The notes beneath the pieces are model-generated. The model did no database searches, was not told the origin of the DNA, and saw only the letters and a list, made by a program, of their open reading frames with translations. Source: an uncultured Desulfobacter sp. (GTDB taxonomy: Bacteria > Desulfobacterota > Desulfobacteria > Desulfobacterales > Desulfobacteraceae). Taken from it: 64,000 nt of DNA. The stretch spans positions 6,400,001 through 6,464,000 of the forward strand of contig OY762069.1 of assembly GCA_963665095.1 (NCBI GenBank), given 5' to 3'. This document shows positions 9,588 to 19,065 of this stretch, one piece after another (the first letter of the stretch is position 1; each line of letters opens with the position of its first letter). A program made the position numbers and the translations under genes.

Positions 9588-11159
9588 TTAACATCCTTCA
9601 AATCTGGCCCTTCGGCCATAGGGAATTTTGAGCTTGTCCATTTTGTTTCTCAAGGTATTGGGGTGGATACCTAAAATTTCAGAGGCCCCGTCTTTCCCCT
9701 GCACCTTTCCGCCGGTCATACCCAGGACTTTCCGGATATGTGCCGATATGACTTCATCCAGCAGATAGGGGCCTTTTAACGCATCTGGGTTCTGTAATGC
9801 ATGATTACTGGATAGGTCTGGTTCAACCTCTTTAAATTCCAGAGGTTTTTCCGGAACAGCAGTCATGTTGCGTATGATGGTCCTCTCCACGAGGTTTTCC
9901 AGCTCCCTGACATTTCCCGGCCAAGGGTAATTTTTTAGTCTTTCCATGGCACCCGGAGCCAAAACAGGCTGCCTGGGAAAATTCATCTCCCTGGTTTTTT
10001 TCTCAAGAAAATAATGGGTCAGGGCAGGGATGTCTGAGCGGCGCTCGCGCAGGGGAGGGATCAGAATTGGGAAGACATTGAGTCTGTACCAAAGGTCTTC
10101 TCTGAATTTCCCCTCCCTGACCAGTTTGGGCAAGTCTCTATGGGTGGCGGCGATTACCCGGATATCCACTGGAATGGGATGGGACCCCCCTAAGCGCTCT
10201 ATCTCTTTATGCTCAAGGACCCGGAGCAGCCTTGCCTGGACCTCCAGCGGCAGTTCTCCGATTTCATCTAAAAATAACGTGCCTGTGCTGGCCCTTTCAA
10301 ATCGTCCTCTTTTCTGATTAAATGCACCGGTGAACGCCCCTTTTTCATGGCCGAACAGCTCACTGTCAATGAGATTGTCCGGTATTGCCCCGCAGTTTAC
10401 CTTGATAAAGGGATTGCCCGCCCTTGGAGACGAGTAGTGTATGGCATTGGCAATCACCTCTTTTCCTGTCCCTGTTTCGCCTAAAAGCAGGACCTGGCTG
10501 GTTTGGGGGGCAATCTGTTTCACCATTTCCATGACATATTTCAGCCCGAACTCATTACCGATAATTTTGTCTCCGGATTTGCGGTGCAACTGCTGATTCA
10601 GAAACTGATTGTCATCTACCAGCTGATCCTTGAGCCGGAGGATCTCCTGGTGTTTAACAGCGTTGGACATTGTCATGGCAAACGGGTTATGAACAAGTCG
10701 AATCAGACGGGCATGTTCTTTCGTATACCGGTCCTTTCCCCTGGCATAAAAAGCAATCACCCCTAATTTTTCTTCTTCAATGGCAAGATTAAGGATCATG
10801 GCAGACATATCTATACTGCCCATGGCTTTCCACATAAATCGGGCCAGGTAATTTTCTTCCGGGCGGTTAATTATATGAAGATTTTTGCCTTTATCCCTTT
10901 CTATCATTTCGCCGGCCTCCGGGGGAATAACAATTTTGTTTTCAGAAAAGGTAAAATCTTTATGCTCTGCAGCGGCAATAATCAGTATGGTTCGGTTCGC
11001 CGGATCATAAATATTCATTGCAACCCTGTCCAAAGGCATTCTCCTGCTGAAAAAATTTAAGCACCGGTTCAATATGGTCTGTATATCGATACTGTTACAT
11101 ATTTGTTGGGCTGCCTGGTGAATATACTCAAGATCGTTTATGTTTTTTGGAGGAATCAT
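9588..11159 (-). CDS. sigma54-dependent transcriptional activator (GAF + AAA+ + HTH, FhlA-like)
   Basis: LLGETGTGKE Walker A, SELFGHEKGAFTGA, FLDEIGEL, WPGNVRELEN, C-terminal HTH. Confidence 0.95.
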   Translation of the reverse strand: MIPPKNINDLEYIHQAAQQICNSIDIQTILNRCLNFFSRRMPLDRVAMNIYDPANRTILIIAAAEHKDFTFSENKIVIPPEAGEMIERDKGKNLHIINRPEENYLARFMWKAMGSIDMSAMILNLAIEEEKLGVIAFYARGKDRYTKEHARLIRLVHNPFAMTMSNAVKHQEILRLKDQLVDDNQFLNQQLHRKSGDKIIGNEFGLKYVMEMVKQIAPQTSQVLLLGETGTGKEVIANAIHYSSPRAGNPFIKVNCGAIPDNLIDSELFGHEKGAFTGAFNQKRGRFERASTGTLFLDEIGELPLEVQARLLRVLEHKEIERLGGSHPIPVDIRVIAATHRDLPKLVREGKFREDLWYRLNVFPILIPPLRERRSDIPALTHYFLEKKTREMNFPRQPVLAPGAMERLKNYPWPGNVRELENLVERTIIRNMTAVPEKPLEFKEVEPDLSSNHALQNPDALKGPYLLDEVISAHIRKVLGMTGGKVQGKDGASEILGIHPNTLRNKMDKLKIPYGRRARFEGC

Positions 11160-11162
11160 TAT

Positions 11163-11230
11163 TTATCCCATATATGGTGAAGGTTTCGTTTGCCACCGCA
11201 TTTCGAAGTGCAATTATCCCATATATGGTG
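11163..11230. promoter_or_regulatory. two identical 17-bp repeats TTATCCCATATATGGTG (palindromic core CCATATATGG), candidate enhancer (UAS) sites
   Basis: Exact copies at 11163-11179 and 11214-11230, 51 bp apart, between the activator start and the sigma54 promoter. Confidence 0.7.
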
Positions 11231-11281
11231 GATTTTTCATAGTGAAGTTTTAACTTATTGAAAATACGAGGTTTGAAAATT

Positions 11282-11297
11282 TGGCACGGTTTTGGCT
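11282..11297 (+). promoter_or_regulatory. sigma54 -24/-12 promoter TGGCACGGTTTTGGCT
   Basis: GG(11283-84)-N10-GC(11295-96) with canonical TGGCAC, divergent from a sigma54 activator. Confidence 0.8.
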
Positions 11298-11426
11298 ATA
11301 TGATGTTTCTTAGACAATAAGAGGGATAAGGGGGGCAGTCATTCAGACATCACCGCCCCTAAAAAAATCCTTTTGGGTTAACAATATGGAAAAAAACTGT
11401 TTTTATTTTTCAAATGGGAAAAAGAG

Positions 11427-11750
11427 ATGAAAAAATTTATTATTGTAAGTATGGCAGTTGCGTTAGCTATTATGATTTCGGGGACATCATCTTTGGCTGA
11501 TTGCAAAAACACCCCCATCCAGGTTATCGAGCGTCCTGTCAGGATTGATTCCGGAGAGTACATGGGACGCGTAAGCTGCAGTATTCACCAGGGATATGTC
11601 AATACGGGCTTTGGTTATGAACTGGCGCTCATTAAACTGACAGCCGAAGCCCGGAAGATGGGTGCCGATGTCCTGGTTGTCCATAAATTTTCTGATATTA
11701 AAAGTGACGGATCCCTGAGTGGAGATATCTACAAAATGAATGGCAATTAA
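11427..11750 (+). CDS. small secreted hypothetical protein (YbjQ/DUF4156-like fold possible)
   Basis: Signal peptide ending SSLA; ALIKLTAEARKMGADVLV resembles the YbjQ-like A..GA[DN]xv motif. Confidence 0.65.
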   Translation: MKKFIIVSMAVALAIMISGTSSLADCKNTPIQVIERPVRIDSGEYMGRVSCSIHQGYVNTGFGYELALIKLTAEARKMGADVLVVHKFSDIKSDGSLSGDIYKMNGN

Positions 11751-11824
11751 ACGTTTAACCCGGGTCAGGCGGCCTGTCTGATGCGTTGCCTGACCTGTGT
11801 GTTACTATTTGAAAGACATATCTG

Positions 11825-12145
11825 ATGCTGGATAGAAAATGGGTTGAAATCATTAATGCAAGGCTATCAAGCCCGCAAAATGAGAAGGTGATCAATGAGA
11901 TCGTTGATCATATAAAATCCGGCAGATGCCCGGAAACAGGAGCAAAGATAAATGCCGAACTTTATGCTAACCAGGATTTCGGGCTGGACTGGTCCATTCA
12001 TCTGATCTGGGACCGGGATGACGGGGTTCCCGGAAAAACTTCCCTGGGGATCAGCATCGCAAGTCTGTTCAGCAAGATGGGCCTGGTGAATCATTCTGTC
12101 TGGAAAACCATTCCAGAAAAAACAGAAGGAATGGGTAACAAATAA
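11825..12145 (+). CDS. hypothetical protein
   Basis: 106-aa ORF co-oriented in the sigma54 unit; ends DWSIHLIW..KTSLGISIASLFSKMGLVNHSVW. Confidence 0.65.
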   Translation: MLDRKWVEIINARLSSPQNEKVINEIVDHIKSGRCPETGAKINAELYANQDFGLDWSIHLIWDRDDGVPGKTSLGISIASLFSKMGLVNHSVWKTIPEKTEGMGNK

Positions 12146-12206
12146 TAAAAGTATCCAGCGTACCGGTTTCTGGTAACGTGCGCGGGCTGAATACCCGGTC
12201 GAAATC

Positions 12207-12395
12207 CTACCTTTTATAATCTTCTTCAATGCACAGTTGAGCCATCCTGATTAACACCTCTGTGGGTTCAGCCCGCCACCCAAGTTCCTGTTTGGCCTGG
12301 GCCAGCAGTTCCTGGCCGATCTGGGATGCAACTTCAGAAGATGAATCCGGCGGATACAGGCTTTCGATCTGGCTGATTGCTTCTTCCCTTGTCAT
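12207..12395 (-). CDS. small hypothetical protein
   Basis: 62-aa ORF with GGGAGG RBS upstream of the ATG. Confidence 0.55.
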   Translation of the reverse strand: MTREEAISQIESLYPPDSSSEVASQIGQELLAQAKQELGWRAEPTEVLIRMAQLCIEEDYKR

Positions 12396-12697
12396 GTTTC
12401 CTCCCCGTTGGAATAGTGTTCTGAGCAGGACCGGCAGAGGGCCGGTTCCTGGAAACTACACATACCAGCGTACTAAAAAAGACAAATCGTCATTTATAGT
12501 TTTACTGTTGTGTAAGATGCCGATTATAATGAGATAATTACTTTTTAATATATAGCCATATTACCGGTATTTTTCCAGCCTTAAAATTTTTTATCTTTAA
12601 AAATTTGATGTCAGCTGAAAACTGCGACTTCGGATAGAGGACCTCTTGTGGGTATCTGGTTTTTGAGGTCATGAAACAGCCCGAAAGTGACATGAGA

Positions 12698-12904
12698 TTA
12701 CCTTTTTTCGGGCTGTGTGCCGTGTCCGGGAAAATCTGGTGTGGGAATATGCTCAAACGTCATGAGTCTGAGATCTATCTCCATCCAGCGGCCCTCAAAG
12801 GGTGACGCCTGCTCAAGCAGCACCTTGACAGCTTCAGTTGCCTGAATGCCGCCAATTACTGCAACCGTAAAAGAAAGAAAGGCGGCAACGGATTTTCTTT
12901 TCCA
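12698..12904 (-). pseudogene. C-terminal remnant of a ThiF/MoeB/HesA family protein
   Basis: Start-less open frame reads LSFTVAVIGGIQATEAVKVLLEQASPFEGRWMEIDLRLMTFEHI, matching the ThiF/MoeB C-terminal G.iQA.EavKvLlg..l.d pattern; absent from the ORF track. Confidence 0.65.
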
Positions 12905-13006
12905 TCACAATTCATGTAGAGTTGTTTAATAAGGAGGCTGGCCGGCGGTAAGGGCGCCTTTATTTCGGCTCAGGGTAAGGGGAAAACAGGTGATTGCATG
13001 CAGATG

Positions 13007-13044
13007 AAAAAAAGGAGGCAGGCCAAACGCGTCGACCTGCCTCC
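13007..13044 (-). terminator. intrinsic terminator of the first pot operon
   Basis: GGAGGCAGG/CCTGCCTCC stem followed by a U7 tract on the minus strand. Confidence 0.7.
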
Positions 13045-13068
13045 CTGAATTATCCGGATATGAGACCG

Positions 13069-14118
13069 TTATTGGGACTTGGTCCGGGTCCAGGCCTGGT
13101 CGATGATCTGGTTGTCTTTACCCAGATCCTTGACAAAATGCAGGGTTTTCATGATTTCAGGCGTCGGCCAGATGCCGGGATTTTTTAAGTCTTCCGGTGT
13201 GATAAAGGGCTTGGCCGCATCATTGGGGGTGGCATACTGGTTATAGTTGGAAAGTGACGCGCCGACTTCGGGATCCAGTACCCAGTTGATCCACTTATGG
13301 GCCGCCTCAGCATTGGGCGCCTTGGCCGGAATGCACATGGAGTCGATCCAGATTTCAGAGCCTTCCCTGGGCACGATAAACCCGAATTTGTCCGGATCCT
13401 GGGAAACGCTTTGGATGGCATCCCCATTATATACGATGGCCGCATCCGCTACGCCGGAAACCACGTCGTTTTTGCCGCCCACACCGCCTTTAAATCCAAG
13501 ACAGGCCGCTCTTTTTTTGGTGGCGATGAGCAGGTCCGAGGCAGCTTTCAGCTCCTTGGGATTGGCCGAATTAAAATCATATCCCAGATACGCCAGGGCA
13601 ATGCCCAGCATCTCTCTGACCGAGTCAATCAGATAAAAGGGACCGACCTTTTTATCCGGGTCAAAAAGGATGGCCCAGGAAGCGACATCACTCTCTTTAA
13701 GCTTGGCCTTGTTGTACATCAGGCCCACGGTGCCCCACTGCCACCCCACGGAATATTTATTGCCCGGGTCAAAGGAGGCGCTCTGGAATTTATGCCCAAG
13801 ATTTTTCAGGTTTGGGATTTTGCTGTGATCCAGAGGCGTTAACAGACCGAGGTTGATCAGGCTGGGCATGATATAATCGGACGGAATAATCAGGTCATAC
13901 TGACCAAGGCCGCCGGCCTGAAGCTTGGCCATCATCTCTTCATTGGATTCATACATGTCCAGGTGAACCTTGATGCCGGTGGCAGCTTCAAAATCCTTGG
14001 GCATGTTCTCCTCGTCCATATATTCGGACCAGGTAAAAATTTTTAATTCCCCTGCTGACCATGCTGCGGCAGGGAGCAATAAAACCAGTGCCAGGACAAC
14101 TATCATCAACCGTTTCAT
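13069..14118 (-). CDS. potD: spermidine/putrescine ABC transporter substrate-binding protein
   Basis: Signal peptide, FTWSEY, YESNEEM, YDLIIPSDY, WGTVGLMYN, PREGSEIWIDSM. Confidence 0.92.
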   Translation of the reverse strand: MKRLMIVVLALVLLLPAAAWSAGELKIFTWSEYMDEENMPKDFEAATGIKVHLDMYESNEEMMAKLQAGGLGQYDLIIPSDYIMPSLINLGLLTPLDHSKIPNLKNLGHKFQSASFDPGNKYSVGWQWGTVGLMYNKAKLKESDVASWAILFDPDKKVGPFYLIDSVREMLGIALAYLGYDFNSANPKELKAASDLLIATKKRAACLGFKGGVGGKNDVVSGVADAAIVYNGDAIQSVSQDPDKFGFIVPREGSEIWIDSMCIPAKAPNAEAAHKWINWVLDPEVGASLSNYNQYATPNDAAKPFITPEDLKNPGIWPTPEIMKTLHFVKDLGKDNQIIDQAWTRTKSQ

Positions 14119-14154
14119 CTCTCATCTCCTTTTTTTGTTCTTGTTTTCAAAAAA

Positions 14155-14958
14155 TTACTGTTTGATATTCACTTTCCGGGTAAACCGCTCCATGCTCACC
14201 ACCATGACGATGGTAACCAGGAGAACCAGGGTTGAAAGTGCATGAATCTGAGGGGTTACAGTCCTGCGGACCGCGGCAAAAATATACAGAGGCAGAGTGA
14301 CCGAATCCGGCCCTGCCGTGAAAAAGCTGATGACAAAATCATCCAGGGAGAGGGTAAAGGCCAGCATGGCGCCGGCCACGATGCCCGGCATCAGCAGGGG
14401 CAGAAGCACCTTTCTGAGCAGGTAGGGCGTATCGGCATACAGATCCCTTGCCGCCTCCTCCACATCTTTTCCGATGCTCACCAACCGGCTTCGCACCACC
14501 AGGGCCACAAACGCGGTCTGAAAGGTGATGTGGGCAATGATCATGTTGACCAGTCCCGGCTCGAAAACAGAGGCAGCCATGCGCAGGAACCCGAAAGCCA
14601 CCACCATTGCGGCGGCAAAGATAATATCCGGGATGATCACGGGAAGGTGGAGAATCATGTCCAGGACGGTGTTCATTCGCTTTGGCCAGGGAAACCGGTC
14701 CATGCCGATGGCCAGCACGGTTCCCAGCAGGGTTGAGATAATGGTGGAGACCACCGCCAGCACCAGAGTGTTCCAGGCGGCCTTTAATATCAGCTCATTG
14801 TGCAGAAGCTTAATATACCAGTCCAGGGTAAAGCCTTTCCAGACCAGGCCGTATTTGCTGTCGTTCACGCTGAAAAAGGCCACGGCCAGAAGCGGCAGAT
14901 ACAGAAAAAACATGGTGCTGATGGCCGCCACATTCACCAGGCGGGTAATGTTTTTCAT
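14155..14958 (-). CDS. potC: polyamine ABC transporter permease
   Basis: FLYLPL, GFTLDWY, EEAARDL EAA motif, AFTLSLDDFVISFF. Confidence 0.92.
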   Translation of the reverse strand: MKNITRLVNVAAISTMFFLYLPLLAVAFFSVNDSKYGLVWKGFTLDWYIKLLHNELILKAAWNTLVLAVVSTIISTLLGTVLAIGMDRFPWPKRMNTVLDMILHLPVIIPDIIFAAAMVVAFGFLRMAASVFEPGLVNMIIAHITFQTAFVALVVRSRLVSIGKDVEEAARDLYADTPYLLRKVLLPLLMPGIVAGAMLAFTLSLDDFVISFFTAGPDSVTLPLYIFAAVRRTVTPQIHALSTLVLLVTIVMVVSMERFTRKVNIKQ

Positions 14959-15860
14959 ATCAGGTCCACCCCCTTGCTTTTGCGTTTATACACATAGAGG
15001 CTGAGCATGGTAAGCACCATCAGGCCCATGCTGATGGCCGCGCCGAATGCCCAGTCCCGGCTGGCACCGAACTGCTGCTGGATCAGGTTACCCACCAGCA
15101 TATACTTGGCACCTCCCAGAAGATCCGGTACCACAAACATACCCATGGCAGGCACCAGGGTCAGGATCACCCCCACGGAGAGCCCGGGCAGGGTCTGGGG
15201 CAAAATGGCGTGCATGAAAATACGAAAGTTTGAGGCATACAGATCCTGGGCCGCCTCCACCAGGGTCCAGTCCAGGCGCTCCACACTGGAAAACAGGGGC
15301 AGGGCAACAAAGGGCAGAAACATGGAAATCATGCCCAGATAAACAGCAAAGGCGCTGGGATAAAGCGGCATCCCCGGTTGAATAAGTTTGAAAAAGGCGG
15401 CCAGTTTTGCAAAGGGCATTTCCGGTGCCAGAATGAGAAACCAGGCATAGGTCCGGATCACCATATTGGTCCAGAAAGGAATAATCACCACGGTGAGCCA
15501 TAAATACCGGGTACGTTCGGGTTTTCTGGCAATGTAGAAACACAAGGGGTAGGACAGAAGCACGGACAGGCCCGTGGTCACAATGGCCACCCAGACCGAA
15601 CGCAGCAAAATAAGCAGATAATCCGGGGTCCACCCGAATATTCCGAATCCCATGAGCCGCTTGTAATTTTCCAGGCTGAAATCCCAGACAAGCTGGCCAT
15701 AGGCCCCTCTGGCCGCAAAACTGACGGCAATTAAAATAAATCCGGGCAGTACCAGAAACAAGATGAGCCACAGCATTCCCGGAGATAAAAAGAAAAATCC
15801 GCGCTGGACAAGCTTTTTCTGGCTTAGCAGTTCGCCATACCAGACCATGAGCTTATTCAT
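14955..15860 (-). CDS. potB: polyamine ABC transporter permease
   Basis: [36 protein letters not shown]; start taken as ATG 15860. Confidence 0.92.
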   Translation of the reverse strand: MNKLMVWYGELLSQKKLVQRGFFFLSPGMLWLILFLVLPGFILIAVSFAARGAYGQLVWDFSLENYKRLMGFGIFGWTPDYLLILLRSVWVAIVTTGLSVLLSYPLCFYIARKPERTRYLWLTVVIIPFWTNMVIRTYAWFLILAPEMPFAKLAAFFKLIQPGMPLYPSAFAVYLGMISMFLPFVALPLFSSVERLDWTLVEAAQDLYASNFRIFMHAILPQTLPGLSVGVILTLVPAMGMFVVPDLLGGAKYMLVGNLIQQQFGASRDWAFGAAISMGLMVLTMLSLYVYKRKSKGVDLI

Positions 15861-16884
15861 GGAGGACCGCCATTTCTTTGGGTGCCAGATCCAGCCAGAC
15901 CTCATCCCCGATATGAATATCTTTGTAGGTACTGGTTCTGACCCTCACAGGCCCGGGGGTCAGCCAGATATCCAGATTGGTTCCCCGGTAAATGATCTCC
16001 GTCACCGTTGCCCGGATCGTATTTTTGGCAGGCTTGGTATCCTGGATCCGGATCCATTCCGGCCGGATGGCCACGGAGCCCTTCTCCCATGGGGGCGGGC
16101 TCTCCAGATCAAAAACACCTAAATCCGTATGGAATTTTCCCTCTTTGTAGACACCGTCAATGAGATTGGCGGCACCAAGGAATTCAGCAACAAATTTATT
16201 TTTAGGCGAGTCGTAGACCTGGTCCGGAGTGCCATACTGGATAATGGCGCCGTCACGCATGACCGCAATCCGGTCCGATACCACCAGGGCTTCATCCTGG
16301 TCATGGGTGACCAGAATAAAGGTGTGGCCCAGTTTCTGCTGGAGCCGTCGCAGCTCCACCTGAACCTGGGCCCGAAGTTTGGCATCCAGAGCCGACATGG
16401 GTTCGTCCAGCAGCAGCACCTTGGGCTCGTTCACCAAAGCCCGGGCCAGGGCCACGCGCTGGTTCTGACCGCCGGAGAGCTGATGGGGGTACCGGTTGTT
16501 CATCTGACCCAGCTCCAACATCTCAAGCACCTCGTCCACCCGCCGGGTCACCTCGGCATTGGCCACCTTGCGGGAGCGAAGCCCAAAGGCCACGTTCTCA
16601 AAGATGGTCAGGTGGGGAAACAGGGCATAGGACTGGAACACCGTATTGATCTGCCGCTTAATGGCCGGCAGCATGGTGATATCCTCCCCGTCCAGGACAA
16701 TGGTCCCTGAATCCTGAAGTTCAAGCCCTGCCATCATTCGCAGCAGGGTGGTTTTTCCGCAGCCGGAAGGGCCCAGCAGAGTAAAAAACTCGCCGGACCG
16801 GATTTCCAGGGAGATGTTGTTCACCGCCCTGACACTTCCGTATGACTTGTTAATATTTGTCAGATGCAGACCCGTCTCATTCAA
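15853..16884 (-). CDS. potA: polyamine ABC transporter ATP-binding protein
   Basis: [36 protein letters not shown]-like tail. Confidence 0.95.
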   Translation of the reverse strand: MNETGLHLTNINKSYGSVRAVNNISLEIRSGEFFTLLGPSGCGKTTLLRMMAGLELQDSGTIVLDGEDITMLPAIKRQINTVFQSYALFPHLTIFENVAFGLRSRKVANAEVTRRVDEVLEMLELGQMNNRYPHQLSGGQNQRVALARALVNEPKVLLLDEPMSALDAKLRAQVQVELRRLQQKLGHTFILVTHDQDEALVVSDRIAVMRDGAIIQYGTPDQVYDSPKNKFVAEFLGAANLIDGVYKEGKFHTDLGVFDLESPPPWEKGSVAIRPEWIRIQDTKPAKNTIRATVTEIIYRGTNLDIWLTPGPVRVRTSTYKDIHIGDEVWLDLAPKEMAVLHE

Positions 16885-16911
16885 CTCGTAACACCTTCTT
16901 TCTAAATAAAA

Positions 16912-18195
16912 CTAATCCAGTTCAAAGCCGATTTTAAAGGAGTTGTCGTCGATCACTTCCTTATATTCGGAGTTCATTTCCATCATGGCAGGGGGGAAAC
17001 CATACCCCTCCAGCCGCTTGATAAACGGTTCCGGGGGGAAACACTCAGGCCCCAGAACGCCGGAGCCTTTCCACTGGCCTTTGGCCAGAAGCTCCATCAT
17101 GATCACCGGTCCCACAGCTGTCTGGGCCACAATGGCCTGGCTGCCGTAGTGTTTCATGCACTCTTCATTGTCCACCATCTGGTAGATATAGATACTGCGC
17201 TCTTTACCGTCTTTAATGCCTTTCACCCAGACACCGGCCGACAGCTGTCCCTTCATGTGGTCCCCTAATTTTGCAGGGTTGGGAGAGCAGACACCGACCA
17301 CATCTCTGGGAGAGACTTCAACACCTTTGACATTAACCTTTTCTGTACTGGTGAGACCTAATGCTTCAAGAATCCTTAATACTCTTCTCATGTCTTTGTC
17401 TACACCAAATTTAAAGGTCACCCGTTTTAATCCCTTGTCCTTGAAAAAACGGGGAAACATGATCACTTCCTCATGTTCAATGTTAACCACTTCCTGGTCT
17501 CCCACAGGTTCCGGAAACCTGAAGATTTCCGGCTCGGAAAAACACTCGGTCACATACCAGCCCCGGTCTTTTTCCCAGACCACCGGCGGGTTCAGGCACT
17601 CTTCAATGGTGGTCCAGATGGAAAAACCAAAGGCAATGTCCACCCCTTCGACCTCCATGTTGTCGGCATCCCGGACATTGAGTTCGTGAAGCTCGTCAAA
17701 GAGATGGTCACTGGCATATCTTGCGAATACATTAATCATGCCAGGCTCCACCCCGGAACCGATAATGGCCAGATTTCCCTTTTTCAGCCAGTCATCGTGT
17801 CTGGCGTATTGAAGATCGCCCAGGGCCTGACCCATGGTACCGAAGGGATCTTTTTTATCCCTTTCGGACAGACTCATGGCCATGTCCATATACTTGCAAT
17901 CCGTCTCCAGGGCCGCGTTGAAAATCGGCATGTTGAACACCGGGTCACAGGCGTTCATGATAAAGTCAATGCTGTGGGTTTTGGTAAGAGCGATGATCTG
18001 GTCTTTGTCACCGGCATCAACCCGTTCCACCTTAAGTCGGGAATCGCCCACTCTGTTCGCCACATTTTGCGCGCGCTCCAGATTGTAATCGGTGACAAGC
18101 ATGAACTCCAGCCATTCGGCGTTCGGATCATTCATAATCGCTATCGATACAATGGCTTCTCCCACGCCACCTGCTCCTACCAGTAATACTCTCAT
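16912..18195 (-). CDS. saccharopine dehydrogenase / carboxyspermidine dehydrogenase superfamily NAD(P)-dependent oxidoreductase
   Basis: VLLVGAGGVG Rossmann fold, YMDMA, GSGVEPGMINVFARY, FSIWTTIEECLNPP, HEEV, GVLGPE. Confidence 0.88.
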   Translation of the reverse strand: MRVLLVGAGGVGEAIVSIAIMNDPNAEWLEFMLVTDYNLERAQNVANRVGDSRLKVERVDAGDKDQIIALTKTHSIDFIMNACDPVFNMPIFNAALETDCKYMDMAMSLSERDKKDPFGTMGQALGDLQYARHDDWLKKGNLAIIGSGVEPGMINVFARYASDHLFDELHELNVRDADNMEVEGVDIAFGFSIWTTIEECLNPPVVWEKDRGWYVTECFSEPEIFRFPEPVGDQEVVNIEHEEVIMFPRFFKDKGLKRVTFKFGVDKDMRRVLRILEALGLTSTEKVNVKGVEVSPRDVVGVCSPNPAKLGDHMKGQLSAGVWVKGIKDGKERSIYIYQMVDNEECMKHYGSQAIVAQTAVGPVIMMELLAKGQWKGSGVLGPECFPPEPFIKRLEGYGFPPAMMEMNSEYKEVIDDNSFKIGFELD

Positions 18196-18378
18196 AAATC
18201 CTCCATCAATTGGTTATTATAAAGACTGCGAACCCATTGCTATTTCTTTTTCTAAAGTTCACAGCAAAACTCAACGTATGCCGCACTGCGGCTTTCCGGG
18301 TGGACGCCCTTTAAGTCGGATCGGCGCCCCTATATTAATGATGACAGGCCCCCGTGCTTCCCGCCACAGTTCCGCCGG

Positions 18379-18864
18379 TCACAAGATTGCCGTACCCCAG
18401 GTGAAATCATGTTTTCCATACTGCATGATCAATGACGTCTGAATGCTTACAATTCCGTCAATTTTGTTGATTTTACCATATATCAACTCTTCAAGATCTT
18501 CAAAGCAGGGAACAATAAAGTCGGCATCCACATCCGTTCCCCCGGTGGTCAGCACCACGTACCACAGCTCCTTGATCTCCATCAGGGCGTCCATGATCTC
18601 GTCTTTTTTCTTGATATCAATATTAATCTTAAGGTTGCCCACCACCTGGAACCCAAGATCAAAGGGGTTGCTCACGGCAACGATTTTAACAATCTTATCA
18701 TCCATGAGTCGTTTGAGCCTTGTTCTGACCGTGGATTCAGCAATCCCCAGATGTTTGGCAATGGCAGTATTGGCAATCCGCCCATCCTCCTGAAGCAGTC
18801 GGATCAGTTTGGCGTCCAGGGCGTCTATCTTATGCCCTCGGCTATTAATTACATTTTCGTTCAT
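18379..18864 (-). CDS. Lrp/AsnC family transcriptional regulator
   Basis: IDALDAKLIRLLQEDGRIANTAIAKHLGIAESTVRTRLKRL HTH; TTGGTD. Confidence 0.93.
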   Translation of the reverse strand: MNENVINSRGHKIDALDAKLIRLLQEDGRIANTAIAKHLGIAESTVRTRLKRLMDDKIVKIVAVSNPFDLGFQVVGNLKINIDIKKKDEIMDALMEIKELWYVVLTTGGTDVDADFIVPCFEDLEELIYGKINKIDGIVSIQTSLIMQYGKHDFTWGTAIL

Positions 18865-18939
18865 AAAATTTTCGTTTTTTTTAAGGTAATATTCCTGTAA
18901 ATTCGCATATATTTAAAACGACATTTACACTTTCCACTG

Positions 18940-18986
18940 TTTTTGTCAAATAATTTATTGACAAAAAATTGGCACTCCTCTATTTT
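18940..18986. promoter_or_regulatory. back-to-back sigma70 -35 elements (TTTTTGTCAA-N8-TTGACAAAAA) for lrp and patA
   Basis: Inverted repeat carrying TTGACA on each strand; on +, TTGACA-N17-TATTTT. Confidence 0.55.
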
Positions 18987-19065
18987 TAAGTCCAAAAACC
19001 GGACAATATTGTTATATCACACACATCAAAAGGAAAAATTTACAAGCTTGTAAGGGAGAGTAGAC

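Noticed and set aside
16912..18195. Annotation as lysine-pathway saccharopine dehydrogenase or biosynthetic carboxyspermidine dehydrogenase
   Set aside because: No lysine genes or carboxyspermidine decarboxylase nearby, and the context is uptake and catabolism; not excluded, but unsupported
18969..18986. TTGGCAC as a sigma54 promoter for patA
   Set aside because: No GC at the -12 position (GG-N10-TT); it fits better as the spacer of a sigma70 promoter
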